From a virus: a stretch of DNA of 32,379 bases. Positions 10,009 through 19,838 of this stretch are shown piece by piece (position 1 is the first letter of the stretch; the number at the start of each line of letters is the position of its first letter). Below the pieces are notes generated by a model. That model did not search any database. It was given only the letters and a program-made list of their open reading frames with translations, and had not been told where the DNA came from. The stretch lies in the UHGV virus genome UHGV-0235014; one strand, given 5' to 3'. Position numbers and translations under genes: made by a program.

Positions 10009-10488
10009 ATGACCCAGCATATTGGCGTAAAACTGATTAACGCCTTTCCGATGACGAGACAGGCATATAACGATTTTCGTGGCTGGCAGCTTCCTGCCGG
10101 AGAAAACGGCGAGGACGAAGGCTATCTGGTTGAATATCTGGATGGCGGAAAACCTAACACCGATCGCTTTGATGGCTACGTTAGCTGGAGTCCAAAAGAA
10201 GTATTCGAAAAGGCTTATCGTCCGGTATCAGGGCTAAGTTTCGGCCTTGCCATGGAAGCGTTAAAACAGGGCAAAAGTTTGCAGCGGGCAGGATGGAATG
10301 GGAAAGATCAGTTTGTTTATCTCGTGAAAGGAGAAAAATTAGCGTCTGCGTTGGGTTATGGCTTTGGCGAATATGTTGGCGAGCCAACTTTCAATGACAC
10401 GCTTGTATTGAAAAACTCACAGAACCGCCTTGCTACATGGGCTCCATCCATTGGCGACCTGATGGCTGAAGACTGGCAAATCATTTAA
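10009..10488 (+). CDS. hypothetical protein with C-terminal DUF2829-like (Tad2-like) region
   Basis: 159 aa from ATG 10009 (ORF-track upstream extension lacks RBS and crosses a terminator-like hairpin ending in a T-run at ~9955..9985); C-terminal FGLAMEALKQGKSLQRAGWNGKDQFVYL ... DLMAEDWQII resembles DUF2829 hallmark as I recall it; unverified. Confidence 0.6.
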   Translation: MTQHIGVKLINAFPMTRQAYNDFRGWQLPAGENGEDEGYLVEYLDGGKPNTDRFDGYVSWSPKEVFEKAYRPVSGLSFGLAMEALKQGKSLQRAGWNGKDQFVYLVKGEKLASALGYGFGEYVGEPTFNDTLVLKNSQNRLATWAPSIGDLMAEDWQII

Positions 10489-10763
10489 CCATGTAGGCAT
10501 TACAAAGCCTATACCTTAATGATCACGATATTGAAGTAATGGACCGCCAAACGAAGAGAGATATCCTATCACATAACAAATCGTTGCAGGAGAACTGCAA
10601 ATTATAAATTAGCGAAGATCATGCAATGGAAAAAAATGAATGTTCGAACTGATAAAGAATTAATGTCTTCAGTTAAGAAAGAGGACGTTTCTCATTTAAA
10701 GAAAATTAAGCGATGCAATGAGTACCATTTCAAAAAGCCGGGTGTTAAACCCGACCTGAATAA

Positions 10764-11297
10764 TCATTCCAGCGGTTCTACTGGATCTGTCTTTGCTCGT
10801 GATGCGAATTGAATGAGCGCCAAAAGAGCCGAACGCATTTTTACATACTCTCTGCTTTTTACAACCTCTGACATATGCTCAGTGACATTAATATTGGCTG
10901 AGCAATACCCTTCCTTTGTTGGAACCGATATTTCCACTTTCATACCTTGATCTATCAGGCCACCCAAAATTCGCAGAGGCTCTGGTTCGATCAAAGCAGA
11001 TACGCGGTTTTTGTCTACGGGTTGAAAGCAGAGTGATGATCCATCATAACGGATTAGAACTCCACTCCGATCAGGACGCATCTCTGGTCCTATATCCAGA
11101 ATTCGCCATCCGCAATACCAAGTGCGGCAAACAGAAGGGCGTTCATCATAAATTGCACATCCTCCCTGATGTTTAAGGTGCTGGCATGGGATGTCAGCCA
11201 ACTTTTTTAACGTTGGCTGTTCAATTCGTAGCGAAGTGCAGCACACAGAGCATGAACCGCACTTTCTGTTTTTGATTAGTAATTTTTCTAAACTCAT
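10764..11297 (-). CDS. YkgJ/UPF0153-family Cys-rich putative metal-binding protein (CxxCxxCC)
   Basis: Minus strand, start ATG 11297 with GGGAGA SD 6 nt upstream; CGSCSVCC ... GGCAIYDERPSVCRTWYCGW motifs; antisense to flanking late genes. Confidence 0.65.
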   Translation of the reverse strand: MSLEKLLIKNRKCGSCSVCCTSLRIEQPTLKKLADIPCQHLKHQGGCAIYDERPSVCRTWYCGWRILDIGPEMRPDRSGVLIRYDGSSLCFQPVDKNRVSALIEPEPLRILGGLIDQGMKVEISVPTKEGYCSANINVTEHMSEVVKSREYVKMRSALLALIQFASRAKTDPVEPLE

Positions 11298-11321
11298 TGG
11301 GCATCTCCCAAAGGTAATTAA

Positions 11322-11849
11322 ATGGCACTCACCGACAAGCAAGAAATGTTCTGTCGCGAGTACCTCATCGATTTAAACGCCACGCAAGCGGCTATTCGGG
11401 CGGGGTACAGCGCAAAAACAGCCAACCGTACTGCGTCCGAAAACATGTCAAAACCTGACATACAACTCAGAATCGCCGAACTGAAAGCACAACGCAATGA
11501 TCTTGTTGGTATTAATGCAGAATATGTACTTAATCGCCTTATTGAAATCGACCAGATGGATGTGCTTGACATTCTCCTGCAAAACGGTGAGCTAAAACCC
11601 ATTAAAGACTGGCCTAAGGTATGGCGCACAACGTTATCAGGAATGGATGTCGTGGAGATGGCATCCGCAGATAGCGCCGCACTCCTGAAGAAAATCAAAT
11701 GGCCTGATAAGGTTAAAAACCTCGAACTTCTTGGTAAGCATGTTTCTGTTCAGGCGTTTAAAGAACAAGCTTCTCACGAACTAACAGGCAAAGACGGCGG
11801 CGCAATCCAGATTGAAACATCACCGATGAGCACTCTATTCGGAAAATGA
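11322..11849 (+). CDS. terminase small subunit
   Basis: 175 aa; MALTDKQEMFCREYLIDLNATQAAIRAGYSAKTA typical TerS N-terminal HTH motif; precedes TerL with ATGA overlap. Confidence 0.8.
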   Translation: MALTDKQEMFCREYLIDLNATQAAIRAGYSAKTANRTASENMSKPDIQLRIAELKAQRNDLVGINAEYVLNRLIEIDQMDVLDILLQNGELKPIKDWPKVWRTTLSGMDVVEMASADSAALLKKIKWPDKVKNLELLGKHVSVQAFKEQASHELTGKDGGAIQIETSPMSTLFGK

Positions 11850-13261
11850 CCTCGATTAATCCTATCTTTGAACCGTTCATTGAGGCGCATCGCTACAAAG
11901 TCGCCAAAGGCGGTCGAGGTAGCGGTAAATCATGGGCAATTGCGAGACTGCTTGTTGAAGCGGCGCGTCGGCAGCCTGTGCGTATTCTCTGCGCTCGTGA
12001 ACTGCAAAACAGTATCAGCGATTCGGTAATCCGGCTGCTTGAAGACACCATCGAGCGTGAAGGATATTCGGCTGAGTTTGAAATTCAGCGTTCAATGATT
12101 CGTCATCTCGGAACGAATGCTGAATTCATGTTCTACGGCATAAAAAACAACCCGACGAAGATTAAATCGCTCGAAGGCATTGATATCTGCTGGGTGGAAG
12201 AAGCGGAAGCGGTAACGAAGGAATCATGGGATATCCTGATCCCAACCATCCGTAAGCCGTTCTCTGAAATATGGGTGAGCTTTAACCCGAAGAACATCCT
12301 CGACGATACCTATCAGCGATTCGTCGTAAATCCTCCCGATGATATTTGCCTGCTGACGGTGAACTACACCGACAACCCGCACTTTCCTGAAGTTCTCCGT
12401 CTGGAGATGGAAGAGTGCAAACGCAGAAATCCGACACTGTATCGTCACATCTGGCTTGGTGAGCCAGTAAGCGCAAGTGATATGGCAATCATCAAACGTG
12501 AATGGCTTGAAGCCGCAACCGATGCGCACAAGAAACTCGGATGGAAAGCGAAAGGCGCTGTTGTCTCTGCGCATGACCCGTCAGATACAGGACCGGATGC
12601 TAAAGGTTATGCATCGCGCCACGGTTCGGTAGTTAAGCGCATTGCCGAAGGTCTGCTGATGGACATCAATGAAGGTGCTGACTGGGCAACTTCGCTGGCG
12701 ATTGAAGACGGCGCTGACCACTACTTGTGGGATGGCGATGGCGTTGGTGCAGGGCTACGCAGACAGACAACGGAAGCATTCTCCGGTAAGAAAATCACCG
12801 CTACGATGTTCAAGGGCAGCGAATCGCCATTTGATGAAGATGCACCATATCAGGCCGGAGCATGGGCTGATGAAGTCGTGCAGGGCGACAACGTTCGCAC
12901 TATTGGCGATGTATTCCGCAATAAGCGAGCGCAATTCTATTACGCGCTGGCTGACAGGCTGTATCTGACATATCGGGCGGTTGTCCACGGTGAGTATGCA
13001 GACCCCGACGACATGCTGAGTTTCGACAAAGAAGCGATAGGCGAGAAGATGCTGGAGAAGCTGTTTGCAGAACTGACGCAGATTCAGCGCAAATTCAATA
13101 ATAACGGGAAGCTGGAGCTTATGACTAAGGTCGAAATGAAGCAGAAGCTCGGTATTCCATCTCCTAACCTGGCTGATGCGCTGATGATGTGTATGCATTG
13201 CCCGGAGTCGGCTGCGCAACCCGACTATTCCAGTTACTCAATTCCTTGTGGTGTAGGTTGA
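11846..13261 (+). CDS. terminase large subunit
   Basis: 471 aa; Walker A KGGRGSGKS near N-terminus, nuclease C-domain; canonical position. Confidence 0.9.
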   Translation: MTSINPIFEPFIEAHRYKVAKGGRGSGKSWAIARLLVEAARRQPVRILCARELQNSISDSVIRLLEDTIEREGYSAEFEIQRSMIRHLGTNAEFMFYGIKNNPTKIKSLEGIDICWVEEAEAVTKESWDILIPTIRKPFSEIWVSFNPKNILDDTYQRFVVNPPDDICLLTVNYTDNPHFPEVLRLEMEECKRRNPTLYRHIWLGEPVSASDMAIIKREWLEAATDAHKKLGWKAKGAVVSAHDPSDTGPDAKGYASRHGSVVKRIAEGLLMDINEGADWATSLAIEDGADHYLWDGDGVGAGLRRQTTEAFSGKKITATMFKGSESPFDEDAPYQAGAWADEVVQGDNVRTIGDVFRNKRAQFYYALADRLYLTYRAVVHGEYADPDDMLSFDKEAIGEKMLEKLFAELTQIQRKFNNNGKLELMTKVEMKQKLGIPSPNLADALMMCMHCPESAAQPDYSSYSIPCGVG

Positions 13262-13262
13262 T

Positions 13263-15461
13263 ATGGCAGAAAAAAAGATGACTGACTGGCATCGCAAGGT
13301 GCTGTGCAACTTTGATAATGCCTGGTCAGCAACGCAGGATATGCGTGAGCAGATTATTGAGGCTCAACGTTTCGTCCGGGTGTCCGGCGCACAGTGGGAA
13401 GGCAGCACAAACGCTGGTTACTCATTTGATGAAGGCAGGTTTGAGCATTATCCGCGTTTTGAACTGAATAAGATTTCCCGTGAATGTGATCGCATCATTG
13501 GCGAGTATCGGCAGAATCGCATCAGCGTTAAATTCAGGCCGAAGGATGACAAGGCATCGGAAGCGTTAGCCGAAAAGATGAACGGCAAATTCCGCGCTGA
13601 TTATCAGGAAACATCCGGTGGCGAAGCGTGTGATAACGCATTTGATGATGCTGTAACGGGCGGATTCGGTTGTTTCCGCATGTGTGCTGATTACGAAGAT
13701 GAAATGGATCCGAGTAACGAGCAGCGACGCATCAGCCTTCTTCCTGTTTACGACCCAGCGACATGCGTCTTCTTCGATCAGGACAGCAAGCAATATGACC
13801 GCTCTGATGCTATGTGGGCTATGGAAATGTTCTCCATGACGCCTAAAGCGTTCGAGGCTGAATACCCTGATTCCATCGCGGCAAGCCTTTCTCGTGATGA
13901 CACTGGCACTCAATATGACTGGTCAACGCCCGATGCCATCTATGTTGGACGCTACTACGAAGTTCGCATAGAGAAGGTGAAGCTCACGGCGTGGCGCAAC
14001 CCTGTTAGCGGAGAAACGGCAATCTATGATGAAGAGCAAATCAAAGATGTTGTCGACGAGCTAACCGATGGCGCATTCGAACTGATTGGTGAGCGAACGG
14101 TGAAGAAACGCCGCGTTTATTGCGGCCTTCTGTCTGGCGCTGAATGGCTGGAAGAACCAAAGCGTATTCCGGGAGAACATATTCCACTCATCCCGGTATA
14201 TGGGCGTCGCTCATTTGTTGATAATCAGGAGCGAATCGAAGGCCACGCAGCAAAAGCGATGGATGCACAGCGTCTTGAGAACCTGATGGTTTCCATGATT
14301 GCAGATAACGCTACTCAGGCTGGCGGTGATGGCATTCCTGTAGTTGATGTTGACATGATTCCTGGTCCTCTCGCCAATCATTGGGCGGAGCGCAACAAAA
14401 AGCGCCCGGCGTTCCTGCCGATGGTAAGTCTGAAAAACAAAAACGGAGATATTACTGCGCAGGCTCAGGTCAGCAGTTATACACCTCCGACACAAATGCC
14501 TCCTGCTCTTGCCGGGCTATTGCAGTACACCGGAACGGCTATTCAGCAAATTACAGGTGCGTCGCAGCTTGAGAATATGCCGAGCAACGTCGCTACCGAT
14601 ACCGTTGATAGCATCTTTAACCGGATGGACACGCAGTCCTATATCTACATGGACAACATGGCTAAATCCATGCGCCGCGCTGGCGTCGTGTGGCTTTCTA
14701 TGGCTCGTGAAGTCTATGGCAGCGATACGCCAATGCGCATTGTTAATGAGGACGGCAGCGATGACGTGGCGCTGATGACTGGTGAAGTGGTTGACCGTCA
14801 GACAGGGCAGGTTATCGCGCTTAACGACCTTTCGCAGGGTAACTATGAAGTGACTGTCGATGTCGGTCAGTCGTTCGCTACTCGCCGTGATGCAACGGTT
14901 AAGTCGTTACTTTCCATGCTGGCACTTATCCCACCAGGAACGCCGAAGCACGACCTTGTATCGTCGATGATTCTCGACAATATGGACGGCGAAGGGATGG
15001 ATGACCTTAAAGAATACAACCGCAATCAGTTGCTTCTGTCTGGAGTTATCAAGCCGAGAACGCCAGAAGAGCAGCAGATGGTTGAGCAGGCGAAACAACA
15101 ACAGGCCAGTCAGCCAGATCCGGCTATGGTTGCAGCGCAAGGTCAGCTTCTTGCTGGTCAGGCTGAATTGCAGAAAGCGCAGAACGAACAGGCAGCCATT
15201 CAGGTTAAAGCATTCCAGGCACAGACTGATGCTCAGGTTGCTGCGGCAAATGTTGTGAAAATCCTCGCATCTGCCGATAGTCAGCAGAAATCTGATATCC
15301 GCGAGGCTCTGAAACTGCTCGGACAGTTCCAGCAACAGCAAGGAGACAATGCCCGTGCTGATGCAGAGCTTGTCCTGAAAAGTCAGGCACAGGGTCATGC
15401 GCAGCGCATGGACATCAGCAGCATCCTACAAAAATCAACTCAGCAACAACCACAGCAGTAA
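13263..15461 (+). CDS. portal protein (P22 gp1-like with Gln-rich C-terminal barrel)
   Basis: 732 aa; ..KRRRVY...GEHIPLIPVYG.. and Q-rich C-terminus parallel P22 portal. Confidence 0.9.
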   Translation: MAEKKMTDWHRKVLCNFDNAWSATQDMREQIIEAQRFVRVSGAQWEGSTNAGYSFDEGRFEHYPRFELNKISRECDRIIGEYRQNRISVKFRPKDDKASEALAEKMNGKFRADYQETSGGEACDNAFDDAVTGGFGCFRMCADYEDEMDPSNEQRRISLLPVYDPATCVFFDQDSKQYDRSDAMWAMEMFSMTPKAFEAEYPDSIAASLSRDDTGTQYDWSTPDAIYVGRYYEVRIEKVKLTAWRNPVSGETAIYDEEQIKDVVDELTDGAFELIGERTVKKRRVYCGLLSGAEWLEEPKRIPGEHIPLIPVYGRRSFVDNQERIEGHAAKAMDAQRLENLMVSMIADNATQAGGDGIPVVDVDMIPGPLANHWAERNKKRPAFLPMVSLKNKNGDITAQAQVSSYTPPTQMPPALAGLLQYTGTAIQQITGASQLENMPSNVATDTVDSIFNRMDTQSYIYMDNMAKSMRRAGVVWLSMAREVYGSDTPMRIVNEDGSDDVALMTGEVVDRQTGQVIALNDLSQGNYEVTVDVGQSFATRRDATVKSLLSMLALIPPGTPKHDLVSSMILDNMDGEGMDDLKEYNRNQLLLSGVIKPRTPEEQQMVEQAKQQQASQPDPAMVAAQGQLLAGQAELQKAQNEQAAIQVKAFQAQTDAQVAAANVVKILASADSQQKSDIREALKLLGQFQQQQGDNARADAELVLKSQAQGHAQRMDISSILQKSTQQQPQQ

Positions 15462-15551
15462 TTAACCCATAACGTGCAATGGCTGTCTTTATGAGGCCTG
15501 GCACCCTATTGCCTTCCGATGGGCTGAACATCGAGTAAACAGGGGTAACAA

Positions 15552-16445
15552 ATGGACCAGATGGCAGAAAACACACCAGAAGTTGAAATCGAAACCGACG
15601 CGTCAGAGCAGATTCCTGATGATGTCGAACTGGCTGAAGAAGTCGAAACAGCAGATGGCAGTGAGTCCTCAGGAAATGATGCAGAGGAAGCTACTGACAC
15701 TGATGACGACGAATCAGAACAGGAATTCTACTTTGGTGACGAAAAGCTGGATTCGCCAACCAGCGAAGATAGCGCAGAGCATGGACTGGTAAAACACCTG
15801 CGCAAGACGATTAAAGAGAAAGACCGCGAGCTGAAAGAGCTGATGCGTCAGTCTCAGAAACCCGTCGAGCAGCAGCCGGTAATCACTCAACCACCGCGAA
15901 TGCCAAAACTGGATGATGAGGACATCGGTTTCGATGAAGAAATCTATCAGCAACGCATGGCTAAGTGGGCAGAGGATAACGGCAAGTACCAGCAACAGGA
16001 GATAGCTCGCAAGCAGAAGGAGCAGGAGCTTCAGGCTGCCTATCAAGAGCGATTATCCAAATATCAGCAACGTGTTAAGGCTCTCAAGGTTCCTGGCTAT
16101 CAGGAAGCAGAACAGGCCGTACTCGAGGAAATCCCCATCGAGACACAAAACGCGATCCTGTTTGAGTCAGAGAAGCCGGAAATCGTTGTTCTGGCACTCG
16201 GTCGCAACGCTGAACTGCGCAAGCAACTGGCAGAAGCTACCAACCCCGTAGCAATTGGTCGTCTGCTGGAACGTATCGAATCGAAGGCCAGAATCATGCC
16301 AAAAGCAAAAACCACGGCAGCCACAACCCCGACAGTTAAGGGGAGCAACGGCGCAGTTATCAACAACCTCGACAAATTGAAAGCCAAGGCGCTGGAAACT
16401 GGTGACTGGACGCCGTATTTCGCCGCTAAAAAGGCAAAAAAATAA
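15552..16445 (+). CDS. scaffolding protein
   Basis: 297 aa, highly acidic N-terminus, helical/charged, between portal and coat. Confidence 0.8.
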   Translation: MDQMAENTPEVEIETDASEQIPDDVELAEEVETADGSESSGNDAEEATDTDDDESEQEFYFGDEKLDSPTSEDSAEHGLVKHLRKTIKEKDRELKELMRQSQKPVEQQPVITQPPRMPKLDDEDIGFDEEIYQQRMAKWAEDNGKYQQQEIARKQKEQELQAAYQERLSKYQQRVKALKVPGYQEAEQAVLEEIPIETQNAILFESEKPEIVVLALGRNAELRKQLAEATNPVAIGRLLERIESKARIMPKAKTTAATTPTVKGSNGAVINNLDKLKAKALETGDWTPYFAAKKAKK

Positions 16446-16463
16446 CCTATCGGAGCATTAAGC

Positions 16464-17717
16464 ATGGCTAACCAATTAGCAAAAGACCTTGAAATCATGT
16501 TCGAAAACTACGTTGAAGGCTTTGAGGCCGCCTGCGTAGTTTCCCGTAACGCTAAAAAATTCCGTCCCGGTGATACAGCAATGCAGCGAGCAGGTGATGT
16601 TCTGTATCGTCCGCAGCATTACCACATGAACATTGAGGAAGGCCTCGACCTCAGCAGCAAAACGCCAACAGCACTGGTTCAGCGCCTTGTTCCTTCTGTG
16701 TTCAAGGAGCCTAAAAACATTCTGTACACTCTGGATGCGCGTGAAATGCGTGACCCGGAACATAAAACTGAAGCTGGTCGCGCCGCAGGTATGCGCCTTG
16801 CTGCACAGATTGACTCTGACCTGATTTCCATGGTCACGCAGCGTGCTACTAACGTGATCACAATGGCTGACTCAACCACTGGTTCACAGGGCCGTGATTT
16901 GTGGAACTGTGCGGCAGGTATTGATGCCACCATGACGGCGATTGGTGTACCGCAGGGTATCAACCGTCGCTCTTTCTGGAACCCCTTCAACTACAAAGAC
17001 CTTGCTGGCGAGCTTGGTCACCGTGCCTACGCTCAGGGCGCAACCCTGACAGCATACGAAAAAGCGCAGATCCCTCCGATTGCTTCCTTTGATAGCTACA
17101 AGACCGATATTTCTGGTCGTGTTCCGAAAGGGACTGCGACTTCCATTACGCTGGCGGCCGAACCTGCGCACAAGGTTGAAGCGAAAGACGCCAACGATAT
17201 GCCAGTGGATAACCGACAGGGGACCATTACGGTATCTGCATCTGGTTTGCAGGTTGGCGATGCATTTACCATTGCAGGGGTGAATTCTGTACACCAGATC
17301 ACCAAAGACACCACCGGGCAGCCGCAGGTATTCCGCGTTCTGGCAGTTAGCGGAACGACAGTAACTATCTCCCCGAAAATTTTGCCGCCTGACAACGCGG
17401 ATGTCGCCAGCCGTCCATATGCAAACGTTGATGCTAACGCGGCAAATGGTGCAGCAATTACCATTCTCAACAAAAATGCCGCACCGGCTAACCTGTTCTG
17501 GGCTGATGGTTCTGTTGAACTGATGTACGGCAAACTGGCATTCCCGACTGGTCAGGGGCCACAGGTAATGACAGCAACCACCGAGCAGGGCGCTACGCTG
17601 ATCATGTCTTACGCCTTCGACCACATCAAAGGCGTAACCACTGCACGTTTCACCACTCTGTACGGTTGCTCTGTACTGGTTCCTGAATATACGGGCATCG
17701 TTATTGCCGGGCAGTAA
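16464..17717 (+). CDS. major capsid (coat) protein, P22 gp5-like
   Basis: 417 aa; position after scaffold; strong terminator immediately downstream. Confidence 0.85.
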   Translation: MANQLAKDLEIMFENYVEGFEAACVVSRNAKKFRPGDTAMQRAGDVLYRPQHYHMNIEEGLDLSSKTPTALVQRLVPSVFKEPKNILYTLDAREMRDPEHKTEAGRAAGMRLAAQIDSDLISMVTQRATNVITMADSTTGSQGRDLWNCAAGIDATMTAIGVPQGINRRSFWNPFNYKDLAGELGHRAYAQGATLTAYEKAQIPPIASFDSYKTDISGRVPKGTATSITLAAEPAHKVEAKDANDMPVDNRQGTITVSASGLQVGDAFTIAGVNSVHQITKDTTGQPQVFRVLAVSGTTVTISPKILPPDNADVASRPYANVDANAANGAAITILNKNAAPANLFWADGSVELMYGKLAFPTGQGPQVMTATTEQGATLIMSYAFDHIKGVTTARFTTLYGCSVLVPEYTGIVIAGQ

Positions 17718-17724
17718 TTTTGGT

Positions 17725-17747
17725 GGGGCTTCGGCCCCATTTTTATT
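17725..17747 (+). terminator. intrinsic terminator after coat gene (UUCG tetraloop hairpin)
   Basis: GGGGC-TTCG-GCCCC followed by ATTTTTATT. Confidence 0.75.
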
Positions 17748-17758
17748 GGGAGAAGACA

Positions 17759-17947
17759 ATGGCACGAACAATGCTCTATAAGCCTGGCAACATGATCACC
17801 TGTGGTCAGTTTGCTGTCGATTACATCATTGTTGATGACGAAGAAGTTAAATCTCACCTGAAAAAAGGCTGGGTAAAAACTCCTGAAGAAACCGCAACGA
17901 AGCAAAAAGTGGCTAAGGCGGAAGAAGATGGCGAAAACGAAGGGTGA
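17759..17947 (+). CDS. small hypothetical protein between coat and gp4 genes
   Basis: 62 aa from ATG 17759 with GGGAGA SD; MARTMLYKPGNMITCGQFAVDYIIVDDEEVKSHLKKGW...; acidic C-terminus. Confidence 0.5.
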   Translation: MARTMLYKPGNMITCGQFAVDYIIVDDEEVKSHLKKGWVKTPEETATKQKVAKAEEDGENEG

Positions 17948-18389
17948 TCTCGTTCTTAAGGCTTTACGAAAAGCCGGGCTGTATTCCAATGCCACGTTGA
18001 CAGATGCTGACCCTCAGGCAATTGAAGATGCCATTAATGACCTCGAAGACATGATGGCAGCATGGCAGGCTAAAGGTATCGAGCTTGGGTATCAGTTTGC
18101 TGATACAGAAAACGGCATCATGCCGTTACCTGACGATGATTCAGGTATCCCTGCATGGGCAAATGATGGCGTCGCTTTGAAACTCGCTGTGCAAGTGTGC
18201 ATGGATAACGTCATTCAGCCGTCAGACGCTCTCCTTACCGCTGCTGACAGTGCATATCAGACAATCTGTATCGCTTTAACCAAAATACCACCACTTGAGC
18301 GACGAAATGACATGCCTCGCGGTAGTGGTAACAAAAGCGCGTTTACGTGGAATCGGTTTTACATCGAGAAAGATGATCCGAGTACGTGA
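17928..18389 (+). CDS. head completion / tail accessory factor (P22 gp4-like)
   Basis: 153 aa, synteny between coat and gp10-like gene. Confidence 0.75.
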   Translation: MAKTKGDLVLKALRKAGLYSNATLTDADPQAIEDAINDLEDMMAAWQAKGIELGYQFADTENGIMPLPDDDSGIPAWANDGVALKLAVQVCMDNVIQPSDALLTAADSAYQTICIALTKIPPLERRNDMPRGSGNKSAFTWNRFYIEKDDPST

Positions 18390-18398
18390 GGTGAATAA

Positions 18399-19817
18399 AT
18401 GCCGATTCAGCAACTTCCGCTTATGAAAGGTGTCGGCAAAGACTTTCGAAACGCCGACTATATCGACTATCTGCCAGTAAATATGTTGGCTACACCCAAA
18501 GAAATCCTTAACAGCAGCGGATATCTTCGCTCATTCCCGGGCATTGCAAAACGTTCTGATGTGAACGGTGTATCTCGAGGCGTCGAGTACAACATGGCGC
18601 AGAATGCTGTTTATCGCGTGTGTGGTGGCAAGCTGTACAAAGGAGAAAGTGAAGTCGGTGATGTTGCCGGAAGTGGTCGCGTATCAATGGCGCATGGTCG
18701 GACATCACAGGCGGTAGGCGTTAATGGTCAACTTTTCGAGTATCGCTATGATGGCACGGTTAAAACCGTCTCAAACTGGCCTGCAGACAGCGGATTTACG
18801 CAGTATGAATTAGGTTCGGTTCGTGACATTACTCGCTTACGTGGGCGTTATGCGTGGTCAAAAGACGGTACTGATTCATGGTTTATCACTGATCTTGAAG
18901 ACGAATCGCATCCTGACCGCTACAGCGCACAATATCGGGCAGAATCACAGCCTGACGGCATCATCGGCATCGGAACATGGCGAGACTTCATCGTCTGCTT
19001 TGGCTCATCGACGATTGAATATTTCTCCCTGACTGGTGCAACCACAGTTGGTGCTGCTTTGTATGTCGCACAGCCATCGCTGATGGTGCAGAAAGGCATT
19101 GCCGGGACTTACTGCAAAACGCCGTTTGCTGATTCGTATGCGTTCATCAGCAATCCGGCAACAGGTGCGCCGTCTGTGTACATCATCGGTTCCGGTCAGG
19201 TGTCACCAATCGCCAGCGCGAGCATTGAGAAAATCCTCCGCTCCTACACTGCTGATGAACTGGCTGATGGTGTGATGGAATCGCTGCGATTTGATGCTCA
19301 TGAGTTGCTGATTATCCACCTTCCGCGCCATGTTCTCGTGTACGACGCATCTTCAAGCGCCAATGGTCCGCAATGGTGTGTGCTGAAAACAGGCCTGTAT
19401 GACGATGTGTACCGCGCTATCGACTTCATTTACGAAGGCAATCAGATAACGTGCGGCGATAAGCTGGAATCGGTGACCGGGAAATTGCAGTTCGATATCA
19501 GCAGCCAGTACGACAAGCAGCAGGAACATATTTTATATTCTCCTTTAATAAAGGCAGATAACGCTTTAATAAATGACCTTGAATTAGAAACATCGGGCGG
19601 CGTGTGTGATAGAATAGATAAAATATTTATATCAGCCACTACAGATGGAATTAGTTACGGTCGTGAGCAAATGGTCGTATTACAAAAACCATTTGTATAT
19701 GACAATCGCGTTTTATGGCGAAAAGTTGGTCGAGTTAGACGCCTCATTGGATTTAAATTCAGAGTTATTGCAAAAGGTCCTGTTACATTATCAGGCCTTT
19801 CTATTCGTGTAACATAA
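18399..19817 (+). CDS. tail hub protein (P22 gp10-like)
   Basis: 472 aa, same length class as P22 gp10, synteny; last ~100 codons are AT-rich. Confidence 0.8.
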   Translation: MPIQQLPLMKGVGKDFRNADYIDYLPVNMLATPKEILNSSGYLRSFPGIAKRSDVNGVSRGVEYNMAQNAVYRVCGGKLYKGESEVGDVAGSGRVSMAHGRTSQAVGVNGQLFEYRYDGTVKTVSNWPADSGFTQYELGSVRDITRLRGRYAWSKDGTDSWFITDLEDESHPDRYSAQYRAESQPDGIIGIGTWRDFIVCFGSSTIEYFSLTGATTVGAALYVAQPSLMVQKGIAGTYCKTPFADSYAFISNPATGAPSVYIIGSGQVSPIASASIEKILRSYTADELADGVMESLRFDAHELLIIHLPRHVLVYDASSSANGPQWCVLKTGLYDDVYRAIDFIYEGNQITCGDKLESVTGKLQFDISSQYDKQQEHILYSPLIKADNALINDLELETSGGVCDRIDKIFISATTDGISYGREQMVVLQKPFVYDNRVLWRKVGRVRRLIGFKFRVIAKGPVTLSGLSIRVT

Positions 19818-19838
19818 ATCGAAACTAAAGGAGTAGAT

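Noticed and set aside
10621-11176. Plus-strand ORFs 10621..10812 and 10916..11176
   Set aside because: They overlap or are antisense to the minus-strand YkgJ-type gene, which has the stronger SD and a recognisable Cys motif; 10621..10812 could still be a real small gene but is unsupported.
12224-17771. Numerous antisense/alternative-frame ORFs within terminase, portal, scaffold and coat genes (e.g. 12755..13219-, 14907..15398-, 15714..16046-, 16884..17771-)
   Set aside because: All lie inside strongly supported structural genes; low-complexity or Gln/Leu-rich translations are typical of antisense reading of repetitive coding sequence.
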